From positions 1-48,734 of the forward strand of contig CAYLNS010000001.1 of assembly GCA_964385115.1 (NCBI GenBank): a DNA stretch of 48,734 nt. The letters run 5' to 3'. This document shows positions 32,161-40,622 of this stretch, in pieces. Source of the DNA: an uncultured Methylomarinum sp. (GTDB taxonomy: Bacteria > Pseudomonadota > Gammaproteobacteria > Methylococcales > Methylomonadaceae). The position numbers were made by a program, and so were the translations under genes. Position 1 is the stretch's first letter, and each line of letters starts with the position of its first letter. The notes beneath the pieces were generated by a model. The model ran no database searches. It was not told the origin of the DNA and was given only the letters and a program-made list of their open reading frames with translations.

Positions 32161-32735
32161 AACCGCCTCTTGTCGCCGGTATTGATGAAGTGGGACGAGG
32201 CTGTATTGTCGGTCCCGTGATTGCTGCGGCCGTGATACTGGATGCTGAAAATCCTATTACCGGGCTGGGTGATTCAAAAAAACTGAGTGATAAAAAACGG
32301 CGTATTCTCGCCGATGAAATCAGAAAAAAAGCGTTAAGCTGGTCACTAGGGCGCGCCGAAGCCAATGAAATCGATCGTATTAATATATTGCAAGCATCCT
32401 TATTGGCCATGAAAAGGGCTTTTTCAGGTCTTGATATTCAGGCTGATTATGTGCGGGTTGATGGAAAATTTTATCCACAAATTGCCTATCCAGGTGAGAC
32501 AGTTATCCAGGGTGATCAAATTCATGCTGAAATTTCAGCCGCATCTATTCTGGCAAAAGTCAGTCGGGATGATGAAATGATTGTGCTGGATAAGCTTTAT
32601 CCTGATTATGGTCTGGCAGCTCATAAAGGTTACCCGACTCGTTTGCATATTCAACAACTTCAGCTGAAAGGTATTACGCCGCATTACCGTCAGTCCTTTG
32701 CGCCTGTTCGTAAAATCATCCAACAAGGTCAGTGA
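32157..32735 (+). CDS. rnhB: ribonuclease HII (proposed non-canonical ATA start)
   Basis: In-frame [15 protein letters not shown] upstream of the called GTG; [28 protein letters not shown]. Gene identity is secure; start codon is inferred. Confidence 0.9.
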   Translation: MKPPLVAGIDEVGRGCIVGPVIAAAVILDAENPITGLGDSKKLSDKKRRILADEIRKKALSWSLGRAEANEIDRINILQASLLAMKRAFSGLDIQADYVRVDGKFYPQIAYPGETVIQGDQIHAEISAASILAKVSRDDEMIVLDKLYPDYGLAAHKGYPTRLHIQQLQLKGITPHYRQSFAPVRKIIQQGQ

Positions 32736-32775
32736 CTGTTAAAAACAGCCTGGCTGAATTATCTTTTCATTGTCT

Positions 32776-35700
32776 ATGAAGCCTGTTTTTGTGCATTTGC
32801 GAATTCACTCAGAATTCTCTCTGGTGGATGGGATTGTCCGGTTAAAGCCGTTGGTCAAAAAACTGGACGCCCTCAATATGCCGGCTGCGGCGTTAACAGA
32901 GCAGTCGAATCTGTTTTCGCTGGTAAAATTTTATACAGCAACACAAAGCCAGGGAATCAAAGCCATTATTGGTAGTGATATCTATCTTTACAATCCTGAA
33001 GATGCCGCGTCCCCTTATCGTTTGACTTTGCTGGCGCGCAACCGGCAAGGTTATGTCGTGTTGACTGAACTGATTTCCAAAGCTTATCAGCAGGGACAGC
33101 ATCAAGGGATTCCAATGGTTCACAGGCAGTGGCTGGAGCAGAACCATCAGGGCTTGATTGTATTGTCCGGGGCCATGGAAGGTGATATCGGCGAAGCGTT
33201 ATTAGCTGATAACTTTTCCTTAGCCAGAGAGCGGGCCGAATACTGGCGGGCATTATTCCCTGATTGTTTCTATCTGGAACTGCAACGAGTTGGTAAACAG
33301 CATGAATCCCGCTATATTCAGGCCGCCGTTCAGTTGGCTACCGAGCTGGAATTACCTGTAGTTGCCACCAACGATGTGCGTTTTCTGCAGCAAAAAGACT
33401 TTGAGGCCCACGAGGTTCGGGTGTGTATTCATCAGGGACGGGTGTTGGATGATAATCGCCGGCCCAGAGATTATACCGAGCAACAATATTTGCGCAGCAG
33501 CGAGGAAATGCAGGAATTATTCGCTGATATTCCGGAGGCACTGGAAAATACCGTCGAAATTGCCAAGCGCTGTAATGTAGAGCTGACGCTGGGCAAAAAC
33601 TTTCTGCCCGATTTTCCGGTACCTGAAGGGATGAGTCTGGATGAGTTTTTCTGTGAAGAGTCTCGAAAGGGGCTGGCGGAAAGATTATCTCAGCATCCAC
33701 CGTTTGGTTCCGGAACACCGGAGGAAAATACCAGGGTTTACCAGGAGCGTTTGCAGTTTGAGCTGGATGTAATTATGCAGATGGGGTTTCCTGGTTATTT
33801 CATGATTGTGGCGGATTTTATTCAGTGGGCTAAAAATAATGATATTCCAGTTGGGCCGGGACGTGGTTCCGGTGCCGGTTCATTGGTAGCCTATGCGCTT
33901 AAAATTACCGACCTGGATCCGATAGAATTTGATTTACTGTTCGAGCGATTTTTAAATCCGGAGCGGGTTTCGATGCCGGATTTTGATATCGATTTCTGTA
34001 TGGAAAGGCGCGACGAAGTGATTGACTATGTGGCCGAACACTACGGGCGCGACCGTGTATCCCAGATTATCACCTACGGGTCTATGGCGGCGAAAGCGGT
34101 CATCAGGGACGTTGGCCGGGTGCTGGCTTTTTCCTACGGGTTTGTAGACCGGCTGGCCAAACTGGTTCCTTTTGAAATTGGCATGACACTGGATAAAGCA
34201 TTACAGGAAAGCGCCGAACTCAAGGAATTGTATGATACGGAAGAAGAAGTCAAAACCTTGATTGACATGGCGCTGTCATTAGAGGGAATATCCAGGAATG
34301 CCGGTAAACATGCCGGGGGTGTGGTAATAGCTCCCAGTAAACTGACGGATTTTACGCCGCTTTATTGTGAACAGGGTGGCGGCAACCTAGTGACTCAGTT
34401 TGACAAAAATGATGTCGAAGCGGTTGGTCTGGTCAAATTCGATTTTTTAGGCTTGAGAACCTTAACGATTATCGACTGGGCGCTGGAGACGATTAATAGT
34501 AAAAAACAGCAACAGGGGGAGGCACTGGTCGATATCAGTCAAATTCCCCGTGATGATCCAGACACCTACAAGCTGTTTGATAAATGCCAGACAACCGCAG
34601 TATTTCAGCTGGAATCGCGCGGGATGAAGGACTTGATTAAAAAACTGAAGCCTGATTGCTTTAACGATATTATTGCGCTGGTCGCCCTGTTTCGTCCGGG
34701 GCCACTGGAATCAGGCATGGTTGATGACTATATCAATGTTAAACACGGCGCCAAGGCAGAATATGCTCATCCGCTGCTGGAACCCATCCTGAGCCCGACG
34801 AATGGCGTTATCCTGTATCAGGAGCAGGTGATGCAGATTGCCCGGGAAATGGCTGGATATACGCTGGGTGGCGCTGATATGCTGCGACGGGCAATGGGTA
34901 AAAAGAAGCCGGAGGAAATGGCCAAGCAACGAGCCATTTTTACCGAAGGAGCAATTAAAAACGGTATAGAAGAATCCATCGCAACCTATATTTTTGATTT
35001 GATGGAAAAATTTGCCGGTTATGGTTTTAATAAATCCCATTCGGCGGCTTATGCTCTGGTCGCTTATCAGACTGCCTGGTTAAAAGCCCATTATCCTGCG
35101 GAATTTATGGCGGCAGTCATGTCTTCTGATATGGACAATACCGATAAGGTAGTGGTATTGATTGAAGAATGCCGGCAGATGGGCTTAACGGTTTGCCCGC
35201 CCGATATTAATGTTTCTGATTATCGTTTTACGGTCAATGAACAAAACCAGATTGTTTACGGGATTGGCGCTATTAAAGGGGTGGGTGAGTCGGCGATTCA
35301 GGATTTGCTGGAAGAACGTAGAGAAAATGGAGTGTTTACCGGGCTTTATGATTTATGTAAACGAGTAGAGCTTAGGAAAGTCAATCGCAGGGTATTGGAA
35401 GCCCTGATTAAAGCCGGTGCGCTGGATTCCATTGATAGTAATCGTGCGGCGCATATGGCTGAACTGACTACGGCCATTAAAGTGGCCGAACAACATGGAA
35501 AAATGAGCCTGGCCGGGCAGACGGATATGTTTGGCTTATCGGTACAAGTTGATCATAGTGATGATAGTGGCGAAACCTATTCAAGTATTACTGAGCCCTG
35601 GTCGGAAAAAGACCGCTTAAGTGCTGAAAAACAAACCCTGGGGCTGTATTTAACCGGGCATCCGATTGATGAATACCGGCAGGAGCTTAAGCATATCGTT

Positions 35701-36267
35701 CATGGCAGTATAGCTGATATGTTAGCGGATGCTGAACGCTCTAAAGGCAAAATGGAAGGTCGGGTTGCCGGTCTCGTGGTTGAACTCAGAACTCGCCAGA
35801 CCAAACAAGGCCGAATGATGGGCTTTGCCACGCTGGATGACAAAACCGCCCGTCTGGAGGTCGCCGCTTTCAGCAAGGTTTTTGAGCAATATCGTGAGGT
35901 TTTCCAGAATGATGCCTTGTTGGTTGTCGAAGGCAGTATGAGTATGGATGATTTTTCCGGTATGCTGCGGGTAACGGCGGAAAAAATCTATACCTTTGAG
36001 CAGGCGCGGGAAATGTTCTCCCGTCACCTTGAAATTAACTGGAATCCAGTTGATGAAATGTCGGGAATAGCTTTTATCGATAAACTCAAGGAAAAACTGA
36101 CGCCTTTCACAGGAGGGTCCTGTCCGGTGATTATCCAGTATCAGTGCAAACAAGCCAGAGCCACTATCAAGTTAGGAGATGACTGGCGCGTCAGGCCCAC
36201 CAATGAATTATTATCTGCTTTACAAAAAATAACATCCAGGCAGGACGTGAGTATTAAATACCGATAG
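32776..36267 (+). CDS. dnaE: DNA polymerase III alpha subunit
   Basis: FVHLRIHSEFSLVDG, GPGRGSGAGSLVAY, PERVSMPDFDIDF, GYGFNKSHS; normal length, no intein. Confidence 0.99.
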   Translation: MKPVFVHLRIHSEFSLVDGIVRLKPLVKKLDALNMPAAALTEQSNLFSLVKFYTATQSQGIKAIIGSDIYLYNPEDAASPYRLTLLARNRQGYVVLTELISKAYQQGQHQGIPMVHRQWLEQNHQGLIVLSGAMEGDIGEALLADNFSLARERAEYWRALFPDCFYLELQRVGKQHESRYIQAAVQLATELELPVVATNDVRFLQQKDFEAHEVRVCIHQGRVLDDNRRPRDYTEQQYLRSSEEMQELFADIPEALENTVEIAKRCNVELTLGKNFLPDFPVPEGMSLDEFFCEESRKGLAERLSQHPPFGSGTPEENTRVYQERLQFELDVIMQMGFPGYFMIVADFIQWAKNNDIPVGPGRGSGAGSLVAYALKITDLDPIEFDLLFERFLNPERVSMPDFDIDFCMERRDEVIDYVAEHYGRDRVSQIITYGSMAAKAVIRDVGRVLAFSYGFVDRLAKLVPFEIGMTLDKALQESAELKELYDTEEEVKTLIDMALSLEGISRNAGKHAGGVVIAPSKLTDFTPLYCEQGGGNLVTQFDKNDVEAVGLVKFDFLGLRTLTIIDWALETINSKKQQQGEALVDISQIPRDDPDTYKLFDKCQTTAVFQLESRGMKDLIKKLKPDCFNDIIALVALFRPGPLESGMVDDYINVKHGAKAEYAHPLLEPILSPTNGVILYQEQVMQIAREMAGYTLGGADMLRRAMGKKKPEEMAKQRAIFTEGAIKNGIEESIATYIFDLMEKFAGYGFNKSHSAAYALVAYQTAWLKAHYPAEFMAAVMSSDMDNTDKVVVLIEECRQMGLTVCPPDINVSDYRFTVNEQNQIVYGIGAIKGVGESAIQDLLEERRENGVFTGLYDLCKRVELRKVNRRVLEALIKAGALDSIDSNRAAHMAELTTAIKVAEQHGKMSLAGQTDMFGLSVQVDHSDDSGETYSSITEPWSEKDRLSAEKQTLGLYLTGHPIDEYRQELKHIVHGSIADMLADAERSKGKMEGRVAGLVVELRTRQTKQGRMMGFATLDDKTARLEVAAFSKVFEQYREVFQNDALLVVEGSMSMDDFSGMLRVTAEKIYTFEQAREMFSRHLEINWNPVDEMSGIAFIDKLKEKLTPFTGGSCPVIIQYQCKQARATIKLGDDWRVRPTNELLSALQKITSRQDVSIKYR

Positions 36268-36362
36268 CAGTGCTTAGAAGTTGTTTTATATATGGGTGAA
36301 GTTGATTAGTGTTTACTTTTCCCTTGGGAGATAAAACTGAAGTTAGTAGAAGAGGGAGTATT

Positions 36363-36449
36363 TGGTGCCGAGGAGAGGACTTGAACCTCCACGGGGTTGC
36401 CCCCACTAGCACCTGAAGCTAGCGTGTCTACCAATTTCACCACCTCGGC
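36363..36449 (-). tRNA. tRNA-Leu(CAG)
   Basis: GCCGAGGTGGTGAAATTGGTAGACACGCTAGCTT-CAG-GTGCTAG...GGTTCAAGTCCTCTCCTCGGCACCA; long variable arm. Confidence 0.97.
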
Positions 36450-36599
36450 TAAGGGACTTGATAAATCAAGTTAAGTGAATCCGTGTATTTTACAGATTGA
36501 TACTTATCGTTGTCAATGGAATTATCTGCTATTTTTTGATTTTATTAGCGGTGGAGGGTATCCGGGAAAGGATAATAGGAATATATTTGATTTGGATAA

Positions 36600-36690
36600 T
36601 GGCGGAGAGGCAGGGATTCGAACCCTGGGAGGGCTACAAACCCTCAACGGTTTTCAAGACCGCCGCTTTCGACCACTCAGCCACCTCTCC
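36600..36690 (-). tRNA. tRNA-Ser(TGA)
   Basis: GGAGAGGTGGCTGAGTGGTCGAAAGCGGCGGTCT-TGA-AAACCG...GGTTCGAATCCCTGCCTCTCCGCCA; long variable arm. Confidence 0.97.
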
Positions 36691-36760
36691 GTAAGAGCCG
36701 CTATGATACTGGAAGGTGCGATTGTTTTCCAGTATTTTTTCTAAAAAATTCTCTTTGGGC

Positions 36761-36824
36761 AAAAAAGAATCCGTCCGCAATATTGGTGTTACCAATATCT
36801 AGACGGATTTAATACTATCTCCAC
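36761..36824 (-). ncRNA. candidate small RNA divergent from the LysR gene
   Basis: Perfect TATAAT (minus, 36835-36830), then GTGGAGATAGTATTA, a long hairpin AATCCGTC..ATATTGGT-AAC-ACCAATAT..GACGGATT, then CTTTTTT; no ORF. Confidence 0.5.
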
Positions 36825-36854
36825 GGCGAATTATAGGAAACAAGAGACTTTATT

Positions 36855-36873
36855 TAAACCAGGTTTTGGTTTA
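36855..36873. promoter_or_regulatory. 7-5-7 inverted repeat, candidate LysR operator
   Basis: TAAACCA-GGTTT-TGGTTTA between the LysR start and the divergent -10 box. Confidence 0.45.
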
Positions 36874-36909
36874 TAAACTATAAATTATTTGTATTGATGC
36901 GAGGGTGGG

Positions 36910-37818
36910 ATGGATAAATTCAATAATATGCGTGTTTTTTGTCGTATTGTTGAACTTGGCACATTTGCAGCGGTTGCTCGGGAAATGAATGTTTCCCCGA
37001 TGATGATCAGCAAATATGTAGCGGCCCTGGAGAAGGATTTAGGGGTGGTGCTGATTAATCGGACAACGCGAAGCCTGAACCTGACAGAAGCCGGAAAAAA
37101 TTATTATTCACAGGGGAAAAAAATTCTGGAGGAGCTGCTTGAGTTGGAAGAGGCGACTTCTCAGCTGGGGCAAAGTGTAAAAGGCGTTTTAAAAATCAGC
37201 GCACCAATTGATTTTGGTAGTATTTATATGGTGCCTGCTATCGAAGCCTATCAAAAGCAATATCCCGATGTGAAAATTATGATGACGCTGGACAATAAAT
37301 TTCAGAATTTACGGGATGGTCTTTTTGATATTGTGATTCTGGTAACGGATACTTTGGATCCCGGCGTGGTTGCCCGCCAAATTACCGAAACCCAATTGGG
37401 GACATATGCTTCGCCTCAGTATTTACAGGAGCATGGTTGCCCTGAGACCCCCGAGGAGCTGAATCAGCATCGCTGTTTGCATTATGTGAATACACCTCAT
37501 GGAGATTACTGGATATTTAACAAAGACGGGGAAACAGCAAAATTAAAGATTGACTGGTTTTTTGCCAGTAATAATGGCCGGGCATTGTCTCAGGCAGCAT
37601 TGTTGGGAATGGGGATTATTCGCACGCCTGAATTATCGGTTTCAGAATATTTAAAACAAGGGAAATTAGTCGAAATCTTGCCAGATTACCGTATTCCCAG
37701 ACTTCTGGTTTATGCAACTTATCTACAAAAGCGCTTTTATCCGGCTAAAATGACTTCTTTTACTGATTTTTTGATTGATTTTTTCGCCCGGCAAAATATT
37801 GGGTTAAAACATGAGTGA
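36910..37818 (+). CDS. LysR-family transcriptional regulator (CrgA/DmlR-like)
   Basis: HTH FAAVAREM..SPMMISKYVAALEKDLGVVLINRTTRSLNLTEAG; ASPQYL..G.PETPEEL..H.CL. Confidence 0.95.
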   Translation: MDKFNNMRVFCRIVELGTFAAVAREMNVSPMMISKYVAALEKDLGVVLINRTTRSLNLTEAGKNYYSQGKKILEELLELEEATSQLGQSVKGVLKISAPIDFGSIYMVPAIEAYQKQYPDVKIMMTLDNKFQNLRDGLFDIVILVTDTLDPGVVARQITETQLGTYASPQYLQEHGCPETPEELNQHRCLHYVNTPHGDYWIFNKDGETAKLKIDWFFASNNGRALSQAALLGMGIIRTPELSVSEYLKQGKLVEILPDYRIPRLLVYATYLQKRFYPAKMTSFTDFLIDFFARQNIGLKHE

Positions 37819-39061
37819 TACTGGCTTGATGAAGCCTGTTGCCGGTGGTGGTTTGCTGGACCGGCGGCTGTTTTTGAAACGGGGGGTGGGTTTTTCTGTC
37901 GCTGCGTTGGTTTCAGAATCCTCTTCGGCTCGACAGTCTTGGATGAATACTCCCGGCAAAGGTTTCACACCCTATGGACAGCCTTCAGCACATGAACGCT
38001 CGATTATTCGCTGGAGTGCGGCAAATTCTATGGTTGCCGGCAATGGTGTTTCATGGACACCATTGCATCAGTTAGAAGGCATGATAACGCCGAATGGTCT
38101 GCATTTTGAACGCCATCATAACGGTGTGCCTGAAATTGACCCGGCTAAATTTCAATTATTAATTCATGGCCTGGTTGAGCAATCACTGGTTTTTAATATT
38201 AACGATTTATTACGCTATCCGATGGCTTCACACCTGGGGTTTATCGAATGTGGTGGCAATAGTAATGCCGGCTGGCGCGAACGGCCTATTCAAGCAGCAG
38301 CTGGGTTCTTTCATGGTATGGTGTCGTGTGGTGAGTGGACGGGTGTACCGTTGAGAGTGTTGCTGAGTGAATGCAAGCTGAAATCGCAGGCGCAATGGCT
38401 GGTGGCGGAAGGCGCAGATGCAGCTGCGATGAATATCAGTATTCCTTTGGAAAAGGCCCTGGACGACTGCCTATTAGCCTTATATCAAAATGGTGAGCGT
38501 ATTCGTCCTGAAAATGGCTATCCTTTACGTTTGATTGTTCCAGGCTGGGAAGGTGTAACCCATGTGAAATGGCTGCGAAGAATACAGATTAGCAATCAGC
38601 CGGTCATGGCCAGAAACGAAACAGCAAAATATACTGATTTACTGCCCTCAGGAAAAGCCCGGCAATTCAGTTTTATCATGGAGGCAAAGTCGCTGATAAC
38701 CTATCCTTGTGTGGGATATAAACTGACTGAGCCGGGGCTTTATCAGATTAAAGGTCTGGCATGGAGCGGTCGAGGAAAAGTCAGGCAAGTGGAGGTATCA
38801 GCCGATGGTGGCCGCAGCTGGGCGCTGGCGGAACTACAGACACCGGTTCTGGAAAAATGTTTTACCCGCTTCAGGATTCCCTGGCGGTGGGATGGGCAGG
38901 CGGCCGTGATTAAAAGCCGGGTCACTGATGAAACAGGTTACCAGCAACCCGAACGGGAACAGCTTGTCAGCCAGCGGGGTAGATATGGCTATTTTCATTA
39001 CAATGCGATTGTCAGTTGGGCGATATCCGCTGAGGGTGAAATTACTCATGTTTATCAATAA
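37811..39061 (+). CDS. soxC: sulfite oxidase-family molybdoenzyme (SoxC/SorA-like)
   Basis: Tat motif DRRLFLK, ITPNGLHFERHH, Mo-ligand Cys in ECGGN, RPENGYPLRL.VPGWEG..VKWLRRI, GLAWSGRG. Confidence 0.88.
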   Translation: MSDTGLMKPVAGGGLLDRRLFLKRGVGFSVAALVSESSSARQSWMNTPGKGFTPYGQPSAHERSIIRWSAANSMVAGNGVSWTPLHQLEGMITPNGLHFERHHNGVPEIDPAKFQLLIHGLVEQSLVFNINDLLRYPMASHLGFIECGGNSNAGWRERPIQAAAGFFHGMVSCGEWTGVPLRVLLSECKLKSQAQWLVAEGADAAAMNISIPLEKALDDCLLALYQNGERIRPENGYPLRLIVPGWEGVTHVKWLRRIQISNQPVMARNETAKYTDLLPSGKARQFSFIMEAKSLITYPCVGYKLTEPGLYQIKGLAWSGRGKVRQVEVSADGGRSWALAELQTPVLEKCFTRFRIPWRWDGQAAVIKSRVTDETGYQQPEREQLVSQRGRYGYFHYNAIVSWAISAEGEITHVYQ

Positions 39062-39575
39062 AGTGGCAATATTTGGTTGTTTGTTAATAACTGCCGGGGT
39101 ACAGGCAGAAAGTGCCGGGCCAGAGCTGGGTCGACCGGCGTCGGCTGAGATGATTAGAAACTGGAATCTGAATGTTTTTCCCAACGGCGGTGGTTTGCCT
39201 GAAGGCCGGGGAAGTGTGAATGACGGGCAAAAAGTTTATCTGCAATATTGCCAAAGTTGTCATGGTGTGGATGGAAGTGGCGGCAGTGCAGAAGAGCTGG
39301 CAGGAGCACAACATAACTTAACCGATAATCCACCGGATAAAACCATTGGAAATTATTGGCCTTATGCGACTACTTTATTTGATTTTATCCGGCGTTCCAT
39401 GCCAATGGATAGGCCGGGTATTTTGGACAATAATAAAGTTTATGCAGTTTCAGCATATTTACTATACTTGAATGGCATTATTAAAAAACAGGCTGTAATG
39501 GATGCGGACTCGCTGGCAAAAATCGTCATGCCCAACCGTTATGGTTTTATCAATTTTAATCCGTATAGAAAATAG
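39048..39575 (+). CDS. monoheme cytochrome c (SoxD/SorB-like partner)
   Basis: Signal peptide from ATG 39048, G.GLPEG.GS, single CQSCH, TIGNYWPYATTLFDFIRRSMP, MPNR.GF. Confidence 0.88.
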   Translation: MFINKVAIFGCLLITAGVQAESAGPELGRPASAEMIRNWNLNVFPNGGGLPEGRGSVNDGQKVYLQYCQSCHGVDGSGGSAEELAGAQHNLTDNPPDKTIGNYWPYATTLFDFIRRSMPMDRPGILDNNKVYAVSAYLLYLNGIIKKQAVMDADSLAKIVMPNRYGFINFNPYRK

Positions 39576-39581
39576 TCATTC

Positions 39582-40388
39582 ATGCAAAATATTCATATTT
39601 CTGATTTATCCATACTTTTACTTGAGCCCTCCTCGACACAACTGAAGGTTATTCTCAAGCATCTGCAGGAAGAAGGTATCGTCAATATTGAAGGTGTTTC
39701 CACAGCCGAACAAGCCTTGCAGAGTATTCAGTCTTTCCGGCCGGATTTGATTATCAGCGCCATGTATCTGCCGGATATGGATGCCACCGACTTTATTGAG
39801 TCGATAAAGTCTGATGATGAGCTGCGGGAAATTGCCGTGATGCTGATTTCCAGTGAGAATAGCTGGTCGGTGCTGGATAAGGTGCGGCAGGCGGGAGTAG
39901 TGGCCATTTTACCGAAGCCATTCAGTCATGAGGATTTAAAACGGGCGTTAAGAAACACTATAGAGTTTATCGATCCGCAGCAGATGGAGCTGGAGTATTA
40001 TGATATAGAAAAACTGCGGGTGCTGGTGGTGGATGACAGTAAACTGGCTCGCAAACATATTTCCAGAGTGTTGGAAAACATGGGTATTACCCAGATTACC
40101 CAGGCGCAGGATGGAAAAGAAGCCGTTGCCTTGTTTCAACAGGCGGATGAGTCATTCGATTTGATTGTGACCGATTATAATATGCCAGAAATGGACGGCC
40201 AGGAATTAACCGAATATATCCGCCATGAAATGAATAATGCTTTTATCCCGATATTAATGGTAACCAGTGAGCATAATGAAGCCCGCTTGAGTAATATTCA
40301 AAAAGCGGGCGTTTCTGCCATATTTGACAAGCCGTTTGAGCCGGATACGGTTAAGGAAGTATTGTACCGGGTATTGGAAGAAGGCTAG
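39582..40388 (+). CDS. response regulator with two receiver domains, no output domain
   Basis: REC1 LLLEPS..DLIISAMYLP..KPF (degenerate); REC2 VVDDS..IVTDYNMPEMDG..KPF (canonical). Confidence 0.88.
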   Translation: MQNIHISDLSILLLEPSSTQLKVILKHLQEEGIVNIEGVSTAEQALQSIQSFRPDLIISAMYLPDMDATDFIESIKSDDELREIAVMLISSENSWSVLDKVRQAGVVAILPKPFSHEDLKRALRNTIEFIDPQQMELEYYDIEKLRVLVVDDSKLARKHISRVLENMGITQITQAQDGKEAVALFQQADESFDLIVTDYNMPEMDGQELTEYIRHEMNNAFIPILMVTSEHNEARLSNIQKAGVSAIFDKPFEPDTVKEVLYRVLEEG

Positions 40389-40418
40389 CCAAGCTTTATC
40401 GTCAATATCATAAGCCAG

Positions 40419-40515
40419 GAGGCTGTCGGGTTTAGGAAAATTCTACTGTGACAGTGGGAAATCGGTACTTTTTTCCACTTGTCTCGTTACTTTCCATCCT
40501 AAACCCGACAGCCTC
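40419..40515. mobile_element. 97-bp MITE-like element with 19-bp perfect terminal inverted repeats
   Basis: GAGGCTGTCGGGTTTAGGA (40419-40437) / TCCTAAACCCGACAGCCTC (40497-40515); internal hairpin; no ORF. Confidence 0.65.
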
Positions 40516-40622
40516 TTGGTGATAAAAAGATATAAATATTTTTTGGGACGGCAAGCCTAAAAACTTTAATCCATACTAATCAATAAGTTGTCGTTGTATG
40601 ATGCTACAATGACAAGGCTGGG

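Noticed and set aside
32776-36267. Intein or frameshift in dnaE
   Set aside because: Length and motif spacing are ordinary for DnaE
36268-36600. Possible integrated element at tRNA-Leu, tRNA-Ser or tRNA-Arg
   Set aside because: No integrase or duplicated tRNA 3' end in the window; the tRNA-Arg 3' flank lies outside the window and cannot be assessed
36475-36744. ORFs 36475-36744 and 36497-36694
   Set aside because: Antisense readings of tRNA-Ser
40545-40562. GGGACGGCAAGCCT resembling part of a c-di-GMP-I riboswitch
   Set aside because: The upstream GGCAAA/GAAA P2 stem and the P3 stem are missing; it lies in a convergent gap with no downstream gene
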